From Patescibacteria group bacterium (lineage in GTDB: Bacteria > Patescibacteriota > Minisyncoccia > UBA6257 > GWB1-50-10): a stretch of DNA of 64,000 nt. The notes under the pieces were generated by a model, which saw nothing but the letters and a program-made list of their open reading frames with translations, made no database searches and had not been told where the DNA came from. The position numbers and the translations under genes are program-made. The stretch's first letter is position 1. The number at the start of each line of letters is the position of its first letter. The stretch covers positions 338,115 through 402,114 of the forward strand of contig JANBVK010000001.1 in the NCBI GenBank assembly GCA_024239035.1. The letters are read 5' to 3'. Positions 21,053 to 30,732 of this stretch are shown piece after piece.

Positions 21053-21940
21053 TTAATTATTATCCTCATCAGATTCTCCCGTATCAATTTCTAATTCATC
21101 AACCTGGCGGACTTGAGCTAAAGTCGTAGCCGCATTTCGTACCGCATCATGTGCTGACTTCACTGTTAACCGAACTGCGGCTAAATCATCGTGCAACGCT
21201 CGACGCACTCCGCCAACATCCACTCTCAATGATTCCTCGTCACTTACAGGAATGTCATACTCCTTGTCAGCTTGCTCGTCTATTGCCGCACGACTTGCAT
21301 CAATTGCGTTCTGTGCTTCTTCAATTGCAGTCCTCGCCGCAGAAACATCCCTGCCGTGCTCCTCAGCTTTGTCAGCCCGGCTTGAGATATTATCCAAAAC
21401 CTTATCCATCTTCTCTAACACTAGAGAGAAGTGATCAAGCAACCGGTCATTTAGTTTGGCGATTTGCTCGTGGATACGCTCAACTGCCTGCTTTTTACGT
21501 TCATCTCTAACTTTCGTGAGACGCTCTCTTAGCTCTGTTCTGCGTTCCTCAACTCGCTCTTTCATATCCGCACGCTTCGACTCCAACTTCGTCCTAAATT
21601 CCACACGTCTTTTATCAAGACGGTCCCGTGCATCAGTTCTTCTACTCTCAAATCTATCACGCGTTTCACCCCGGAGTGTTTTCACCTCAACTCTCACGCG
21701 CTTTCTAACCTCGCGAGCATCTTCTCGTAGGTCAGTTGTTCGCTCACGGATTTCTCCACGAAACTCTTCCGCTCGCTCCCGAATATCTCCTCTCTTCTCT
21801 TGAATGCCTTCCCGAACATCCTTAACAAAATCTTCTCGGGCATCACGAAGTTGATCTCTTACGGCATCAAGCCGCGTCTGTGCCACGGCCGGCAGAGCAA
21901 AGGCTAACGAGAGAACAATAGAAATAACGATTTTTAACAT
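21053..21940 (-). CDS. Secreted coiled-coil protein with approximately 11-residue charged repeats
   Basis: Signal peptide ending AVA; R/E-rich helical repeats. Confidence 0.75.
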   Translation of the reverse strand: MLKIVISIVLSLAFALPAVAQTRLDAVRDQLRDAREDFVKDVREGIQEKRGDIRERAEEFRGEIRERTTDLREDAREVRKRVRVEVKTLRGETRDRFESRRTDARDRLDKRRVEFRTKLESKRADMKERVEERRTELRERLTKVRDERKKQAVERIHEQIAKLNDRLLDHFSLVLEKMDKVLDNISSRADKAEEHGRDVSAARTAIEEAQNAIDASRAAIDEQADKEYDIPVSDEESLRVDVGGVRRALHDDLAAVRLTVKSAHDAVRNAATTLAQVRQVDELEIDTGESDEDNN

Positions 21941-22057
21941 GCTTTAATATAAACTTGCTCAAATGCCCTTGTCAACATGGCTTATGGATAGCTGACTAGA
22001 AACAGTACAGAGTATAACGAGATGAGGTAAGTTTCTGTTTCAATAAGCATGATAAAA

Positions 22058-22090
22058 GAAAAACCGCCCGGATCTGGATCCAGACGGTTT
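22058..22090 (-). terminator. Intrinsic terminator
   Basis: aaaaccg-cccggatctggatccaga-cggttt hairpin after the 22089-22742 gene. Confidence 0.6.
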
Positions 22091-22742
22091 ATCGCTGATT
22101 GTTGTTCGGAAAAAACCGCTCAACAAGCCGCGGGGAGAAAAACGCTGCAAGTGCAACCATAGCGACGGCAAAGAACGCCCATCCTACCGAGACACCCAAC
22201 CAGAAAACAACAGAGAAAGTGGTGAGCTTTACTACATTCCCTAGAAGGACAGTAGCTACACCCATTCTCATAGGATGTTTCCTTAGGTGAAGAAAACCGA
22301 CCCACCAAATTGTGGGAATAATACCGACACTAAAAATTGTTGCCCTGTTTCTTTTCTTATTCATCCTTGCTTGAAGACGAGAATAACGAGCGGGATTGAA
22401 TAAGCGCTTCGCAATTGGCAGATCTAAGAGAGGTCCTTTTCCTCTAAAGACAATAAACCATATCATTGCGAGATGGATGGTCCCCGTCGTAAGGACTATT
22501 GGGAGATACCCCTTCAGCGGATGGAGGCCGTAAAAATAGTGCCAGAGAAGGTAAGAGCTTTCCCCTTGGACAAAAGTCCAAAAAAGAAATGCTCCGACTT
22601 GGGGCGAAAAAAAACTCAAGACCAAGCAGACCCCCATCACCGAACCGACATAGATGAAAAGCGCCATGATTCGCTGGTCAAGCGTCTCAAGCCACACTTC
22701 TTTGTTGAGACGTGAAGTCTCAGACTTCAGATTCGTTGCCAT
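22089..22742 (-). CDS. Orphan membrane protein
   Basis: 217 aa with several TM segments; GAGG SD; own terminator. Confidence 0.65.
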   Translation of the reverse strand: MATNLKSETSRLNKEVWLETLDQRIMALFIYVGSVMGVCLVLSFFSPQVGAFLFWTFVQGESSYLLWHYFYGLHPLKGYLPIVLTTGTIHLAMIWFIVFRGKGPLLDLPIAKRLFNPARYSRLQARMNKKRNRATIFSVGIIPTIWWVGFLHLRKHPMRMGVATVLLGNVVKLTTFSVVFWLGVSVGWAFFAVAMVALAAFFSPRLVERFFPNNNQR

Positions 22743-22765
22743 TCGTTATAACCTCGCGAAACAAA

Positions 22766-22777
22766 TGTTAAAGGGCA
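22766..22777 (-). promoter_or_regulatory. boxA-like antitermination sequence
   Basis: Minus strand TGCCCTTTAACA matches the boxA consensus TGCTCTTTAACA at 11/12, just downstream of a TAGAGT -10. Confidence 0.5.
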
Positions 22778-22849
22778 GTTTCTACTCTACTATCTCTCAG
22801 TCCTTATATCAGATTATTAAATTACTGACAACTATAGATTAATCAACTA

Positions 22850-23053
22850 TCAGTTAATTCTCCTACTTAGCTTATTGGGAACAACAAAAATAGAAATTAT
22901 ATAAACAACTACTCCGGGTACGAAACCTGTAAAAACAACTACCAACAGCCACGTGAGTCGCAAGATAACGGGGTCGACATCAAAATATTCCCCAACGCCG
23001 CCAACTACGCCGGCGAAAACCTTATTCTTTTTGCTTTTATAGAGTTTTTTCAT
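22850..23053 (-). CDS. pspC: PspC domain protein
   Basis: KLYKS..NKVFAGVVGGVGEYFDVDPVILRL. Confidence 0.9.
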   Translation of the reverse strand: MKKLYKSKKNKVFAGVVGGVGEYFDVDPVILRLTWLLVVVFTGFVPGVVVYIISIFVVPNKLSRRIN

Positions 23054-23057
23054 AAAT

Positions 23058-23134
23058 TGGGGTGAGCGACGGGGATTGAACCCGCAACCTCTTCTGCCAC
23101 AGAGAAGCGCTCTACCGATTGAGCTACGCCCACC
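23058..23134 (-). tRNA. tRNA-His (GTG), G-1 and CCA encoded
   Basis: Cloverleaf; anticodon arm cttct-ctGTGgc-agaag. Confidence 0.95.
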
Positions 23135-23160
23135 ATTTTCACTATTTTCTAATTATTTAA

Positions 23161-23553
23161 TTACTGACTACTAATCCTTCGACCCCGTTTCTTATCACTC
23201 CTTATTTTCTTTGCTCGTATCCGCACATCTTCCGCGCTCCTAGGCGGCTCGGTTGGGATCCGCGGCTTAGGAACTTTAAGCGCGTCCCTAATCATTTTAT
23301 TTATATGCCAAAGCGCCTTGTCCCTGTTTAACTTCTGAGTACGTTCTTCTTCATTTTCCGCCCAGAGCTCATCTAGATGGTTGATGTGCTTTGCCAACTT
23401 TCTCCTCAATCTTTTCTTTTGAATATCGGAAAGCGGTAAGTTTCCTATTTTAACCCAAATCTGCACTTTTGTCGAGCGCCTGTTAGCTCTCTGCCCGCCG
23501 GGACCGCTTGACCTGACTGCTTTAAACTTTACGTCCTTTTCTGTAACTAACAT
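23161..23553 (-). CDS. arfB: Alternative ribosome rescue factor B (peptidyl-tRNA hydrolase)
   Basis: RSSGPGGQ, ERTQ..N, basic C-tail with PRIPT. Confidence 0.88.
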   Translation of the reverse strand: MLVTEKDVKFKAVRSSGPGGQRANRRSTKVQIWVKIGNLPLSDIQKKRLRRKLAKHINHLDELWAENEEERTQKLNRDKALWHINKMIRDALKVPKPRIPTEPPRSAEDVRIRAKKIRSDKKRGRRISSQ

Positions 23554-23580
23554 GATTACCGCTTATAGTATAATGGAACG

Positions 23581-24225
23581 ATGGCTAACCTGCTAGATGT
23601 TCTGGGTCAATGGGTTATAAATCATTATTCCTTCAGACACTTCATCGTTGCGATCGGTATTCTTATCCAGGGCGAGATAACGGTACTAATTGGGACATAT
23701 CTAATTCTAAATGGCTATCTCGGCTGGGGTAGTTTCCTGATCTCCATTGCAATTAGTATTTTTGTATATGAGGGTTTCTTTTATTTTTTAGGGAGATCTC
23801 TTAAAGGCACGCCGCTCGGCCTGCGACTGGAGAAAAAGATTCCCTACCACGATAAGATTCATTTTCATTTAAAAAACCACATAAATAAAATTCTTATCCT
23901 CTCCAAATTTATTTCTTATGTAAACGTTGGGGTAATCTTCTTAAGCGGCTGGATAAAATTTAACATTAAAAGTTTTATCAAAAATCGAATTATTGCTAAC
24001 ACGATTTGGTTCTCTGTTTTAGTGACTGGATCTCTCTTCGTAATTGAGGGGTTGAGCTTACTCAAGCTCCGCCAAATGGAGATAGCTATATTTATAATTA
24101 TTCTCTTTATCTTTAGCTGGAAACACCTGCTTAAAAAACTTATCGGTAAAGAGGTTTCTATTGAGAAGAAAGTAGAAAAAATAGGGGGAATGATAGAAAA
24201 GAATTTTCAGCCAAAAAAAGACTAA
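23581..24225 (+). CDS. DedA/VTT-like membrane protein
   Basis: IQGE, FYFLGR and LSKF motifs typical of the DedA family. Confidence 0.65.
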   Translation: MANLLDVLGQWVINHYSFRHFIVAIGILIQGEITVLIGTYLILNGYLGWGSFLISIAISIFVYEGFFYFLGRSLKGTPLGLRLEKKIPYHDKIHFHLKNHINKILILSKFISYVNVGVIFLSGWIKFNIKSFIKNRIIANTIWFSVLVTGSLFVIEGLSLLKLRQMEIAIFIIILFIFSWKHLLKKLIGKEVSIEKKVEKIGGMIEKNFQPKKD

Positions 24226-24237
24226 AATAATACTATC

Positions 24238-24576
24238 TCAATTCTTCTCATCTAATAAACTGTTAATTTTTGCCGCTAATATAAAGTCGTTTTCAGAGAG
24301 CCCTCTAATTGAATGGGTTGAAAGCTCAATGTGCACGCGGTTGTAAGATACATGAATATCCGGATGATGCCCCTCACTCTCAGCAACTTCAGCTACACGA
24401 TTTATAAAACTTATTGATTCTTTGAAGTCTTTAAATTTAAACTCACGTTCTATCCCCTTACTATCGGAGTTTAACTTCCAACCGGATACCTCTCTTAAAT
24501 ATTCTTCCGCTTGACTACTGGTAAACGGTTCCACGCCGCCTTCACACGCAACGCACTTTTTGCTGAGTAAGTCCAT
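24238..24576 (-). CDS. Pterin-4-alpha-carbinolamine dehydratase
   Basis: CVACEGG, AESEGHHPDI, THSIRGLSENDFILAAKI. Likely start MDLL at 24576; the upstream ORF extension lies inside the tRNA direct repeat. Confidence 0.9.
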   Translation of the reverse strand: MDLLSKKCVACEGGVEPFTSSQAEEYLREVSGWKLNSDSKGIEREFKFKDFKESISFINRVAEVAESEGHHPDIHVSYNRVHIELSTHSIRGLSENDFILAAKINSLLDEKN

Positions 24577-24582
24577 ATTTTT

Positions 24583-24811
24583 TGTGCCGCGGGAGGGAAT
24601 CTCACTGCTCCCGAGCACATAACGCTTTATGTGCTCGGTGCGCTTTCACAACCCTGCTCCACCGCTGAAGCTAAGGCGGCACACGCGGTCGGTTTTGAAT
24701 AATTTCCAACACGGGGGAACCTCAAACTTTACCCCGACCCCCTTTCGTGTTCAATTCCTTTTCTACAAAGATGAATTTTTGGATACCTCAAGGTATCCAA
24801 AAATTCATATG
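24583..24811 (-). repeat. tRNA-linked non-coding element, copy at tRNA-Phe
   Basis: 19-bp exact direct repeat of the tRNA 3' end (24583-24601 = 24810-24828), hairpin, ggaattgaac inverted T-arm, shared GAAAGGGGGTCGGGG and TCAAAACCGA core. Confidence 0.85.
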
Positions 24812-24883
24812 TGCCGCGGGAGGGAATCGAACCCCCGACGCATAGCTCTTCAAGCTATCGCTCTACCACTGAGCTACCGCGGC
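24812..24883 (-). tRNA. tRNA-Phe (GAA)
   Basis: Cloverleaf; atagc-ttGAAga-gctat; CCA not encoded. Confidence 0.95.
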
Positions 24884-24923
24884 GAGTAGATTCTAGTATA
24901 ATTAAAAAAAACCATTAGTCAAA

Positions 24924-25661
24924 ATGTTTATTCAAATTATAATTGCGAGTTTAACCGGCAGTGTATTCGCACTCGTAGGCGGGATTCTCTTGCTCACCAA
25001 AGAACAATTAGCGAGAAAGGTTTCTTTGCTTCTCGTGAGCTTCGCGGTGGGAAGTCTTTTGGGAGCGGCCTTTTTTGAACTACTACCAGAGGCTTTGAGC
25101 GAGATCGGAGATAAAAGCGCGTTCTCTTTTGTTATCCTGGGACTGCTTACTCTATTCCTTTTTGAGAAATTCTTAAAATGGTACCACTGCCACGACCGAG
25201 AAACGTGCGACATTCACACTTTCTCTGAGGCAGTGCTCTTTGGTGACGCATTACACAATTTTATCGACGGCATTATTATCGCGCTAAGTTTCAGTTTAGG
25301 CGTCCCCGCAGGTATTGCCGCAACTATCGCAGTTTTTTTTCACGAAGTCCCGCAAGAAATTGGCGACTTCGGTGTACTACTCCACGCCGGCTATAGTAAA
25401 AGCAAAATACTTTTATACAACACTCTTACTGCCCTTACCACGCCGGTGGGAGCCGTAGTAGGCTATATTGCGCTTCCTTTAATCTCCGGAGTACTGCCCC
25501 AACTTATTTCATTTGCCGCCGGCACCTTCATCTACATTGCTATTTCAGATTTAATGCCCGAACTCCGCCACAAAACCAAAGGCCCCGACTTTGCCCACTT
25601 ATTCGCAATCCTTCTTGGTCTTCTTGTTTTGTGGGGTATTGGTATACTTTTTCCGGAGTAG
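24924..25661 (+). CDS. ZIP family metal transporter
   Basis: LHNFIDG, HEVPQEIGDF, His-containing loop. Confidence 0.92.
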   Translation: MFIQIIIASLTGSVFALVGGILLLTKEQLARKVSLLLVSFAVGSLLGAAFFELLPEALSEIGDKSAFSFVILGLLTLFLFEKFLKWYHCHDRETCDIHTFSEAVLFGDALHNFIDGIIIALSFSLGVPAGIAATIAVFFHEVPQEIGDFGVLLHAGYSKSKILLYNTLTALTTPVGAVVGYIALPLISGVLPQLISFAAGTFIYIAISDLMPELRHKTKGPDFAHLFAILLGLLVLWGIGILFPE

Positions 25662-25677
25662 AATAAATTTATGATTA

Positions 25678-25906
25678 TGTCTCCCCGCGAGAAAGCAAAC
25701 GTCACTCATATTCACTCACTCCCTCAAACCCCTCGGTTTGAGTAATTCCGCTTCACCCCGCCATACGGCGAGGCAGGCGGGAAAACTCCCCTTGGCCCGG
25801 GCAGGCCGCTTTCCTGACCCCTGCCTACCGGCAGGCAGGTCTTTCACAGTTCGATTCCTCCCAGCATAACAAAATCTGGACAGGCTACTGTCCAGATTTT
25901 GTCTTG
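25678..25906 (-). repeat. tRNA-linked non-coding element, copy at tRNA-Arg(TCT)
   Basis: 19/23 direct repeat of the tRNA 3' end (25678-25700), hairpin, gaggaatcgaac inverted T-arm, core interrupted by REP-like palindromes. Confidence 0.8.
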
Positions 25907-25978
25907 CCTCCCCGCGAGGAATCGAACCCCGATTTAGGGATTAGAAAACCCTCGTTCTATCCGTTGAACTACGGGGAG
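25907..25978 (-). tRNA. tRNA-Arg (TCT)
   Basis: Cloverleaf; acceptor stem ctccccg/cggggag; anticodon TCT. Confidence 0.92.
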
Positions 25979-26030
25979 ATTAAAACGTACGTTGATTCTA
26001 AAGTAAAAATCGGATAATTTAAAGTGGTAA

Positions 26031-26101
26031 CGGGCCGTGGTGTAATGGTAGCACGCTTGCTTTGGGAGCATGTAGTTCGAGTTCGAATCTCGGCGGCCCG
26101 A
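26031..26101 (+). tRNA. tRNA-Pro (TGG)
   Basis: Acceptor stem cgggccg/cggcccg; cttgc-ttTGGga-gcatg. Confidence 0.93.
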
Positions 26102-26102
26102 C

Positions 26103-27080
26103 ATGAAAAGAGATTTAAAATCAGACCAAGATTTTTCGGCCGAGGAGGTTCGGCAAATTTTTCAACTGGCAAAAAAAGTTAAAGAAAAACAGAAAAAGAA
26201 TGAACCGCATGAGTACCTGAAAAATAAATCATTGGCAATGATCTTCCAGAAGCCTTCCACCCGGACGAGAGTTTCCTTTGAGGTAGCAATGACTCATTTG
26301 GGTGGCCATGCTTTGTATCTAAACCCGAACGACCTCCAGCTCTCTCGTGGTGAAACCATTGCCGATACAACCCGAACTCTTTCCCGATATGTTCATGGAA
26401 TTATGGCCCGGGTTTTTAGTCATCAGGACATCCTTGATTTAGCCCGTTTTGCCTCGGTACCCGTGATTAATGGTCTTTCTGATAAGTTTCATCCATGCCA
26501 GAGTTTAACTGATATTTTCACAATTTGGGAAAAACTGAGTTACCCAGAGAAATTTCCTAACGGCTTTACCATTGTTTTTGTCGGTGACGGAAACAACAAT
26601 GTGACCAATTCCCTGCTTCTTCTCTGTGCCCGTTTGGGAATAAATTTCCGAGTCGGCTGTCCTAAAAAGTATCAAACCAAAACCGAGATTTTAGAATTAG
26701 CTAAGGCTGATTTTTCCAAAAGCGGTTCAACGGCGGAAATAACGAACGATGTTAATCAAGCGGTTAAAGGCGCTAATGTTTTATATACCGATGTCTGGAT
26801 TAGTATGGGACGGCAAGATGCTGAGAAAAGAAAAAAGATTTTAGTCCCCTACCAAGTTAATCAGAGGGTCTTGTCTTTAACCAAAAAGAAAACGATGGTA
26901 ATGCATTGTCTGCCGGCTCACCGCGGCGAAGAAATCACCGACGAAGTTATTGATGGACCTAATTCAATTGTTTTCGACCAAGCAGAGAATCGTTTGCATG
27001 TTCAAAAAGCTATCCTCATTTTCTTACTTCAACCTAAGTCTGTGGTTAACGGAGGTTTGGCTACTCCGGCTCCAAAATGA
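26103..27080 (+). CDS. argF: Ornithine carbamoyltransferase
   Basis: STRT, HPCQ, SMG and HCLP motifs. Confidence 0.92.
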   Translation: MKRDLKSDQDFSAEEVRQIFQLAKKVKEKQKKNEPHEYLKNKSLAMIFQKPSTRTRVSFEVAMTHLGGHALYLNPNDLQLSRGETIADTTRTLSRYVHGIMARVFSHQDILDLARFASVPVINGLSDKFHPCQSLTDIFTIWEKLSYPEKFPNGFTIVFVGDGNNNVTNSLLLLCARLGINFRVGCPKKYQTKTEILELAKADFSKSGSTAEITNDVNQAVKGANVLYTDVWISMGRQDAEKRKKILVPYQVNQRVLSLTKKKTMVMHCLPAHRGEEITDEVIDGPNSIVFDQAENRLHVQKAILIFLLQPKSVVNGGLATPAPK

Positions 27081-27562
27081 AAATAATAATTCAAAAATTC
27101 TGGGCGTGGTACGAACGCAACCTCACGCTCAATATTGCTATTGTCGCCCTGCTCTTCACATGGCAGCTCGTTCACCTCTACTGGCTTACGACTGATGTAG
27201 TTACTGTGCGTCTCTTTGGTGTAAGTTTCTTCAACCCAACGGGGGTTATAGAATTTCTCATCATCATTGCAGACTATGTGGAGATCCCCGCCATCATAGG
27301 TGCTTCCTTACTATATATAAGTCTCCTAAGGAAAGGGTTCAGTATAAAGAGCATAGCCATGCTGGTTTTTGTAAACAGTCAGTGGCTCCATATTTTTTGG
27401 ATAACTGATGAATTCATAATCGGACAGTTCGCCGGTGGGTCTCCAATTCTGCCGTTATGGCTTGCGTGGGTAGCAATTGGCGTTGACTATCTTGAACTGC
27501 CTGTCATCTACGATACTCTAAAGAGATTCTTCACCTCAATTTCACCTAAAAGAATTCGATAA
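27077..27562 (+). CDS. Hypothetical membrane protein (about 4 TM)
   Basis: Internal duplication (QLVHLYWLT..DYVEIP and QWLHIFWIT..DYLELP); ATGA overlap with argF. Confidence 0.7.
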   Translation: MKIIIQKFWAWYERNLTLNIAIVALLFTWQLVHLYWLTTDVVTVRLFGVSFFNPTGVIEFLIIIADYVEIPAIIGASLLYISLLRKGFSIKSIAMLVFVNSQWLHIFWITDEFIIGQFAGGSPILPLWLAWVAIGVDYLELPVIYDTLKRFFTSISPKRIR

Positions 27563-27584
27563 AAGTAAGTATCTTTGCTCGGTC

Positions 27585-28196
27585 TTACAGGGACTTATCA
27601 AACTTCTCTATTTTAACCAAAAACTCTTCGTTCAAATCGTTAATTTTCTCCGCACGTTCGTTCACTTCATCGAGGTAATTCTGAACTGCTCTCCGGTCAG
27701 CAAACGAGTTGGTTTGAATAGCCCCTAATAAACTCCCCAAAAAATTATTCAAGTTTTGGGTATAAATAATAAATTCACTGACAAGCGTGATCTCTACCGC
27801 TACTGCTTCATAGGCCAAACGCTGACTCTTCGCTGAGGAAATCGCACTTAAAGATTCCGCGAGTTCCTGTAAATACCCGGATAATTCAAAGGCTTGATTG
27901 TGCGCTTCTGCATTGTTCTGACGCGCTTCTTGAATTAAGGTATGAGCCTGGCTCGCATTACCACTTAAATCTGAAAGATTAACCGCCTTAATTTTCTCAT
28001 TGGTGGCGCCCGTGAGTGCCACAATTTTCTTACTCACCACTGCAGCGTTCTGTCTGGCCGCTAGAAATTCGTTGGGTACCTGAATCGGCTGGTTAAAATC
28101 GAGAAAAAAATAAAGAGCTATAATCAGAACCGCAATTACAATGAGTACAAACCACAGAATTCTACGTTTTACTGCTTTTTTTAGCTTCAATTTCAT
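27585..28196 (-). CDS. Membrane-anchored helical hypothetical protein
   Basis: N-terminal TM and helical body; -10 box 8 nt upstream. Confidence 0.7.
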   Translation of the reverse strand: MKLKLKKAVKRRILWFVLIVIAVLIIALYFFLDFNQPIQVPNEFLAARQNAAVVSKKIVALTGATNEKIKAVNLSDLSGNASQAHTLIQEARQNNAEAHNQAFELSGYLQELAESLSAISSAKSQRLAYEAVAVEITLVSEFIIYTQNLNNFLGSLLGAIQTNSFADRRAVQNYLDEVNERAEKINDLNEEFLVKIEKFDKSL

Positions 28197-28283
28197 ATTA
28201 GCTGATTATATCTCCAACCAAACCCTCAATCAAATAATCGTGTGGTTGCAAAAAAAACATGCTATATGCAAACATTAACGTAG

Positions 28284-28354
28284 GCGGGATTAGTTTAGTG
28301 GTAGAATGCTAGCCTTCCAAGCTGGAGACACGGGTTCGATTCCCGTATTCCGCA
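28284..28354 (+). tRNA. tRNA-Gly (TCC)
   Basis: Cloverleaf; ctagc-ctTCCaa-gctgg. Confidence 0.93.
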
Positions 28355-28544
28355 CAAGAAGATAAACCCGTGGATCTATTCCGCGGGTTTATCTTTTGCG
28401 GGAATCGAACAGGAAAGGGGGTCGGGGAAAAGTTAGGTTTCCCCGTGTCGGAATGAGCGAAGCAGACTCAAAACCGAGGGTTTTGAGGGAGCGATCCTGA
28501 GTTTGTCGAAGGAAAGTGACATTCGCTTCCCGTATCCCGCACAA
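28355..28544 (+). repeat. tRNA-linked non-coding element, copy at tRNA-Gly
   Basis: Hairpin, cgggaatcgaac inverted T-arm, core GAAAGGGGGTCGGGGAAA..TTCCCCGTGTCGGAAT..TCAAAACCGAGGGTTTTGA, 21/23 direct repeat (28522-28544 vs 28335-28357). Confidence 0.88.
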
Positions 28545-28550
28545 CGAATA

Positions 28551-28592
28551 AATCTAACGGCTCAACGACACCTGTCGTTGAGCCGTTAGATT
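28551..28592. repeat. AACGGCTCAACG palindrome, copy 2 (terminator-like)
   Basis: aatctaacggctcaacgaca-cc-tgtcgttgagccgttagatt followed by a T tract. Confidence 0.85.
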
Positions 28593-28706
28593 TTTACAGA
28601 CTTCCCTATTTGCATAGAAAAGACGAATCTGGTAGATTTCTCCTGTAACGTTACAATTAATTTATATATTGTTACATGTGGTTTTCAGTTTATTTTCCCG
28701 AGTTAA

Positions 28707-28731
28707 GAAACATATTACTAACTATATCGTT
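28707..28731 (+). promoter_or_regulatory. ECF-type promoter, probably autoregulatory
   Basis: GAAAC-N16-CGTT immediately upstream of the ECF sigma gene. Confidence 0.6.
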
Positions 28732-28738
28732 CTAGTTT

Positions 28739-29299
28739 ATGAAAGAAGAACAAGAGCTCGTTAAAAAGGCCCAAAAGGGAGAACCTGAGGCTTTTGGTGT
28801 GTTATACGATAAGCACCTTACACCAATTTACCGATTCATCTTCCTAAAAGTTGGAAACAAAGCTGACGCTGAAGATCTCTGCCACCAAGTATTCCTTAGT
28901 GCCTGGAAAAATATTGGGCGCTACCGTTTCCAAGGATTCCCATTCTCAAGCTGGCTCTACAAAATTGCTTCCAACACCGTTATTGACCATTGGAGAACCA
29001 AAAAAAATAATACTAGCATTGAGCTAGTAGCAGAAAGCCTCCTCTCTGAATCACCCAAACTCGATCACCTTCTGGACCAAAAACTCGAAGTACAGCTCAT
29101 TAAAACCTCTTTAATTAAATTAGAATCGGAACAGCAGAACGTTATCATTATGAGATTTGTAGACGAGCTCACTAACAAAGAGATTGCACAAATTCTCGGC
29201 AAAAGCGAAGGGGCAATACGTGTGATCCAACACCGAGCTATCAAACGACTCAGAAAACATATAAGCGACCATAATCATCACGAAACCGAAAACGCATGA
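28739..29299 (+). CDS. ECF RNA polymerase sigma-70 factor
   Basis: Region 2 (DAEDL..VF..AW, FSSWLYKIA.N) and region 4.2 (EIAQILGKSEGAIR). Confidence 0.92.
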   Translation: MKEEQELVKKAQKGEPEAFGVLYDKHLTPIYRFIFLKVGNKADAEDLCHQVFLSAWKNIGRYRFQGFPFSSWLYKIASNTVIDHWRTKKNNTSIELVAESLLSESPKLDHLLDQKLEVQLIKTSLIKLESEQQNVIIMRFVDELTNKEIAQILGKSEGAIRVIQHRAIKRLRKHISDHNHHETENA

Positions 29300-29760
29300 A
29301 TACAAACAAAGAAATTATTACCCAGTTAAAAAGGCTCCGTTATATAGAGCCTGATTCTGCGTTTGCCAGAGGTTCCCGAAGTATAGTTCTCTCAGTAAAC
29401 CATGGACGAACTCGTTCCCAAATTTGGTTGTGGACTAGCGCCACGGCAGTAACTTTCTTGTTCCTTGCTGCAGTCATATCTTATAACGCACTATTCTCAT
29501 CTAAGCCTGTTCTTTCCTCTTCTTTTAATCCTGAAAGTCTCGAACAAGAGTTCAGCAACCTCACTATTAACATCCAACTTGAAGAGATTAAATACCAACA
29601 AAGCGTGAATCAAGCCATTGCATCGGCTCTAAACGAAATACAAAACACTTATCCAAGACACCTCAATAATTCACTCCTAGAATCGGAGGAGGCGGGTATT
29701 AATCTTGATGAGTCAATCAACCCATACATTGATGAGCTTCTAGAGAAAGCTATATTTTAG
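29296..29760 (+). CDS. Putative single-pass anti-sigma factor
   Basis: Overlaps the sigma gene stop; one central TM. Confidence 0.6.
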   Translation: MNTNKEIITQLKRLRYIEPDSAFARGSRSIVLSVNHGRTRSQIWLWTSATAVTFLFLAAVISYNALFSSKPVLSSSFNPESLEQEFSNLTINIQLEEIKYQQSVNQAIASALNEIQNTYPRHLNNSLLESEEAGINLDESINPYIDELLEKAIF

Positions 29761-29779
29761 AATGTTTCAGACCTAAGCC

Positions 29780-30700
29780 ATGAAAAAATTCTTAGTTGCT
29801 TTCATAGTACTGGGTATTAGCTATTCACTTCTGGCTGCTTCTGCAAACGCCCAGTCAGCCGCAGTACAGGAAGCTTTTGAAAATGTTGAAGACCAAGTAG
29901 AGGACTTGGTTATTGCTAAAGACGAAAATATACCCGACGATTTGGCGTTCAGAATTGAAACTTTTAAAGAGGTGGTTGATTTTTCTATTCTTGAGGCGAA
30001 AGACTTAAAAATTAAATTATTAAGCTTGGACCAAATTGAAGAAGACGCCTCTTCTTGGAAAGAAGAAAGAATCAAAGATCTAAACCGAGCCCTAGTCCAC
30101 TACGACGAACAAAAACAATTAATAGACGATAGCGAAGTAATCGACCTGGAAACCATTAAGAATATTGCGAGTGATTTTAAGGACTGGCGGGAACAAACGT
30201 ATCTCCCCGCCGCCGAGCAAGTTAATGAGTTCCTCCTGGTTGAACAAGAACAAAACGCGGTTAATATTGCCGAAAGGCGTTGGCAAAGAATTGATAAAGA
30301 CATAACAAAACTACAAGAAGCTAACCTTAAAGGCGTCTCAGGTCTGCGAGAACTTTTAGATAAGGCTGGAGAACTAATAGAGGAAAGTGATGAGATAAAC
30401 CAAGCTGCTGAAAATCTTTTCTTTGATCGCTATATCTACACGAACTCTTCTACAAGTTCATCCACCGCCACAACTACTGAAATTACTGACGAGACCGAAG
30501 ACCAAACTATCATTCATACCGAGGAAGTATCTGATGAACCCGACTCTACGGGTACTGAGGCTGACGCAACGGACGTAGAGTCTGTGCCACCACCCCCTTT
30601 GTCAATAAAGGATTTGGTTAGGACATCCTTAACAAAAATTAAGGAGGCCTATCGGATCTTTATTGAAATGAGTAATTCGGTGAGGGAGTTGCTCAGTTAG
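29780..30700 (+). CDS. Secreted acidic helical protein
   Basis: Signal peptide ending ANA; Ser/Thr-rich linker. Confidence 0.7.
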   Translation: MKKFLVAFIVLGISYSLLAASANAQSAAVQEAFENVEDQVEDLVIAKDENIPDDLAFRIETFKEVVDFSILEAKDLKIKLLSLDQIEEDASSWKEERIKDLNRALVHYDEQKQLIDDSEVIDLETIKNIASDFKDWREQTYLPAAEQVNEFLLVEQEQNAVNIAERRWQRIDKDITKLQEANLKGVSGLRELLDKAGELIEESDEINQAAENLFFDRYIYTNSSTSSSTATTTEITDETEDQTIIHTEEVSDEPDSTGTEADATDVESVPPPPLSIKDLVRTSLTKIKEAYRIFIEMSNSVRELLS

Positions 30701-30732
30701 TAATCCACGGCTTTTTTGCGCGTGGAAATAAC

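Noticed and set aside
24629-24889. 86-aa ORF, and similar ORFs at 25969-26172, 37435-37617, 46589-46774 and 46601-46822
   Set aside because: They overlap tRNA, tmRNA or repeat elements and show no protein features.
28355-28544. HDV-like (theta) ribozyme 3' of the tRNAs
   Set aside because: The conserved core is separated from the tRNA by a long hairpin, and I could not build the nested double pseudoknot. A model search is needed to exclude it fully.
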